Part shown: one piece after another, positions 62,371 to 64,000 of the stretch
Position numbering within the stretch: position 1 is the first letter of the stretch
Layout of the letters: each line of letters starts with the position of its first letter
Assembly (NCBI RefSeq): GCF_001194135.2
Contig: NC_068992.1
Coordinates: forward strand, 63,558,274 to 63,622,273
Source of the DNA: Octopus bimaculoides
Taxonomy: Eukaryota
DNA: 64,000 nucleotides
Reading direction: 5' to 3'
Program-made: the position numbers and the translations under genes
Notes under the pieces: model-generated
What the model was told of the DNA's origin: nothing
Seen by the model: the letters and a program-made list of their open reading frames with translations, nothing else
Database searches by the model: none

Positions 62371-62422
62371 TACTCTTTTATTCTTTTAATAGTTTTAGTC
62401 ATTTGACTGCGGCCATGCTGGA
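62371..62422 (-). mobile_element. SINE family A 3' tail (gap-truncated)
   Basis: tcttttattctttta...gtcatttgactgcggccatgctgga. Confidence 0.8.
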
Positions 62423-63145
62423 NNNNNNNNNNNNNNNNNNNNNNNNNNNNNNNNNNNNNNNNNNNNNNNNNNNNNNNNNNNNNNNNNNNNNNNNNNNNNN
62501 NNNNNNNNNNNNNNNNNNNNNNNNNNNNNNNNNNNNNNNNNNNNNNNNNNNNNNNNNNNNNNNNNNNNNNNNNNNNNNNNNNNNNNNNNNNNNNNNNNNN
62601 NNNNNNNNNNNNNNNNNNNNNNNNNNNNNNNNNNNNNNNNNNNNNNNNNNNNNNNNNNNNNNNNNNNNNNNNNNNNNNNNNNNNNNNNNNNNNNNNNNNN
62701 NNNNNNNNNNNNNNNNNNNNNNNNNNNNNNNNNNNNNNNNNNNNNNNNNNNNNNNNNNNNNNNNNNNNNNNNNNNNNNNNNNNNNNNNNNNNNNNNNNNN
62801 NNNNNNNNNNNNNNNNNNNNNNNNNNNNNNNNNNNNNNNNNNNNNNNNNNNNNNNNNNNNNNNNNNNNNNNNNNNNNNNNNNNNNNNNNNNNNNNNNNNN
62901 NNNNNNNNNNNNNNNNNNNNNNNNNNNNNNNNNNNNNNNNNNNNNNNNNNNNNNNNNNNNNNNNNNNNNNNNNNNNNNNNNNNNNNNNNNNNNNNNNNNN
63001 NNNNNNNNNNNNNNNNNNAACAAAAGATACAAAGCGCTATCGTTAGAATATAGATGACAAAAACAAAGTCAGATATTCAACTTGAGAAATGTCTTTCATA
63101 TTTTGCCTCTTCCACTAACAGATTGTATTCGTAATATGCAAATTG

Positions 63146-63452
63146 TTGTTCTTTGTTCCTTCTCGAGCCATGCCTGGCTAATAAGAGCCAGTTTCCCGGT
63201 TTCATTGGCGTATAAGTTCCCCACTCGGACGGGACGCCGGTCCGTCGCAGGTGAGCTGCTAGATGCAGGAGGAAAGAGTGAGAGAAAGTTGTGGCGAAAG
63301 AGTCAGCAGAAGTTCGCTATTATCTTCTGCCGGAGCCGCGTGGAGCTTAGGTGTTTCGCTCATAAATACACGCATCACCCGGTCTGAGATTCGAACCCGC
63401 GATCTCTCGATTGAGAATCCGCTGCTCTAACCACTAGGCCATATGACTCCAC
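63146..63452 (-). mobile_element. tRNA-derived SINE sharing the family C head but with a different, V-domain-like tail
   Basis: Reverse complement: gtggagtcatatggcctagtggttagagcagcgg...gggttcgaatctc; later cctgcgacggaccggcgtcccgtcc. Confidence 0.8.
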
Positions 63453-63956
63453 AATGTGCAAGTTAGCTGGGTAATTTCTATTCTGAAAACCCCAGCTTAT
63501 CCAGATTGCGAATTAGACATTTACTTATGTATGTATGCATATATATTATGTATGTATGCATATATATTATGTATGTATGCATATATATTATGTCAGTTAA
63601 TTCATAGTGCTTCTGGTGATAAGTAAGTCAGTAAATGTTACCAGAAGCACTACTCCACAAGAAGGAAATTCTGAAAAACCAGCCGCCTCGTTCCAAAGCT
63701 ACAGACCTTGCTCTGGCTCGTTTCTGGACTACTTGACTTTGTAGGTAAGAGTCTTAGCGGTGTTGTGCAAAACTGTTATTGACTTTAACTATTCAGAACG
63801 GGTATTGCTGACAGCCATTGTCTTTAACATCTGTATGAGATAATTAGTCAGTAATGTTCCTACTTGTCTACGAGTTGACAGCTTACATGTACGTATATAC
63901 AGCATATTCTAACTCGTTTTCCAGATACTTAATATTTCCCCCCACTCTTTATGTTT

Positions 63957-64000
<44 letters not shown>

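Noticed and set aside
771-63053. Long ORFs in the track containing X runs or YI/CV/HT/poly-amino-acid repeats
   Set aside because: They are translations of N gaps and microsatellites, not genes.

Overview
Eukaryotic, AT-rich, repeat-dominated scaffold sequence with many N gaps that mostly abut (TA)n/(CA)n microsatellites. The tRNA-derived SINE families and microsatellite mix look like an Octopus (coleoid cephalopod) genome; this is inferred, not verified. No complete protein-coding gene, rRNA, bona fide tRNA or CRISPR array is supported, and most ORFs in the supplied track are microsatellite or gap artefacts. Recognisable content: many SINE copies (two main families plus CORE/V-like SINEs), three near-full-length decayed Tc1/mariner elements (one DD37D, two mariner), mariner- and Tigger/pogo-type MITEs, a Chapaev3-like transposase fossil, CR1/L2- and RTE-type LINE ends, and Penelope-like (PLE) terminal fragments. 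The most interesting signal is about ten minimal type I hammerhead-ribozyme-like motifs of several families. Some have an intact core, and others show recurring core variants (A6U, U4C). Several long inverted repeats (up to an 81-bp arm pair with one mismatch) occur alongside them. Two small phase-compatible + strand exon candidates (18270-18348, 40733-40799) suggest the window is mostly intronic in an unidentified gene. All alignments and folds were done by eye and repeat boundaries are approximate.
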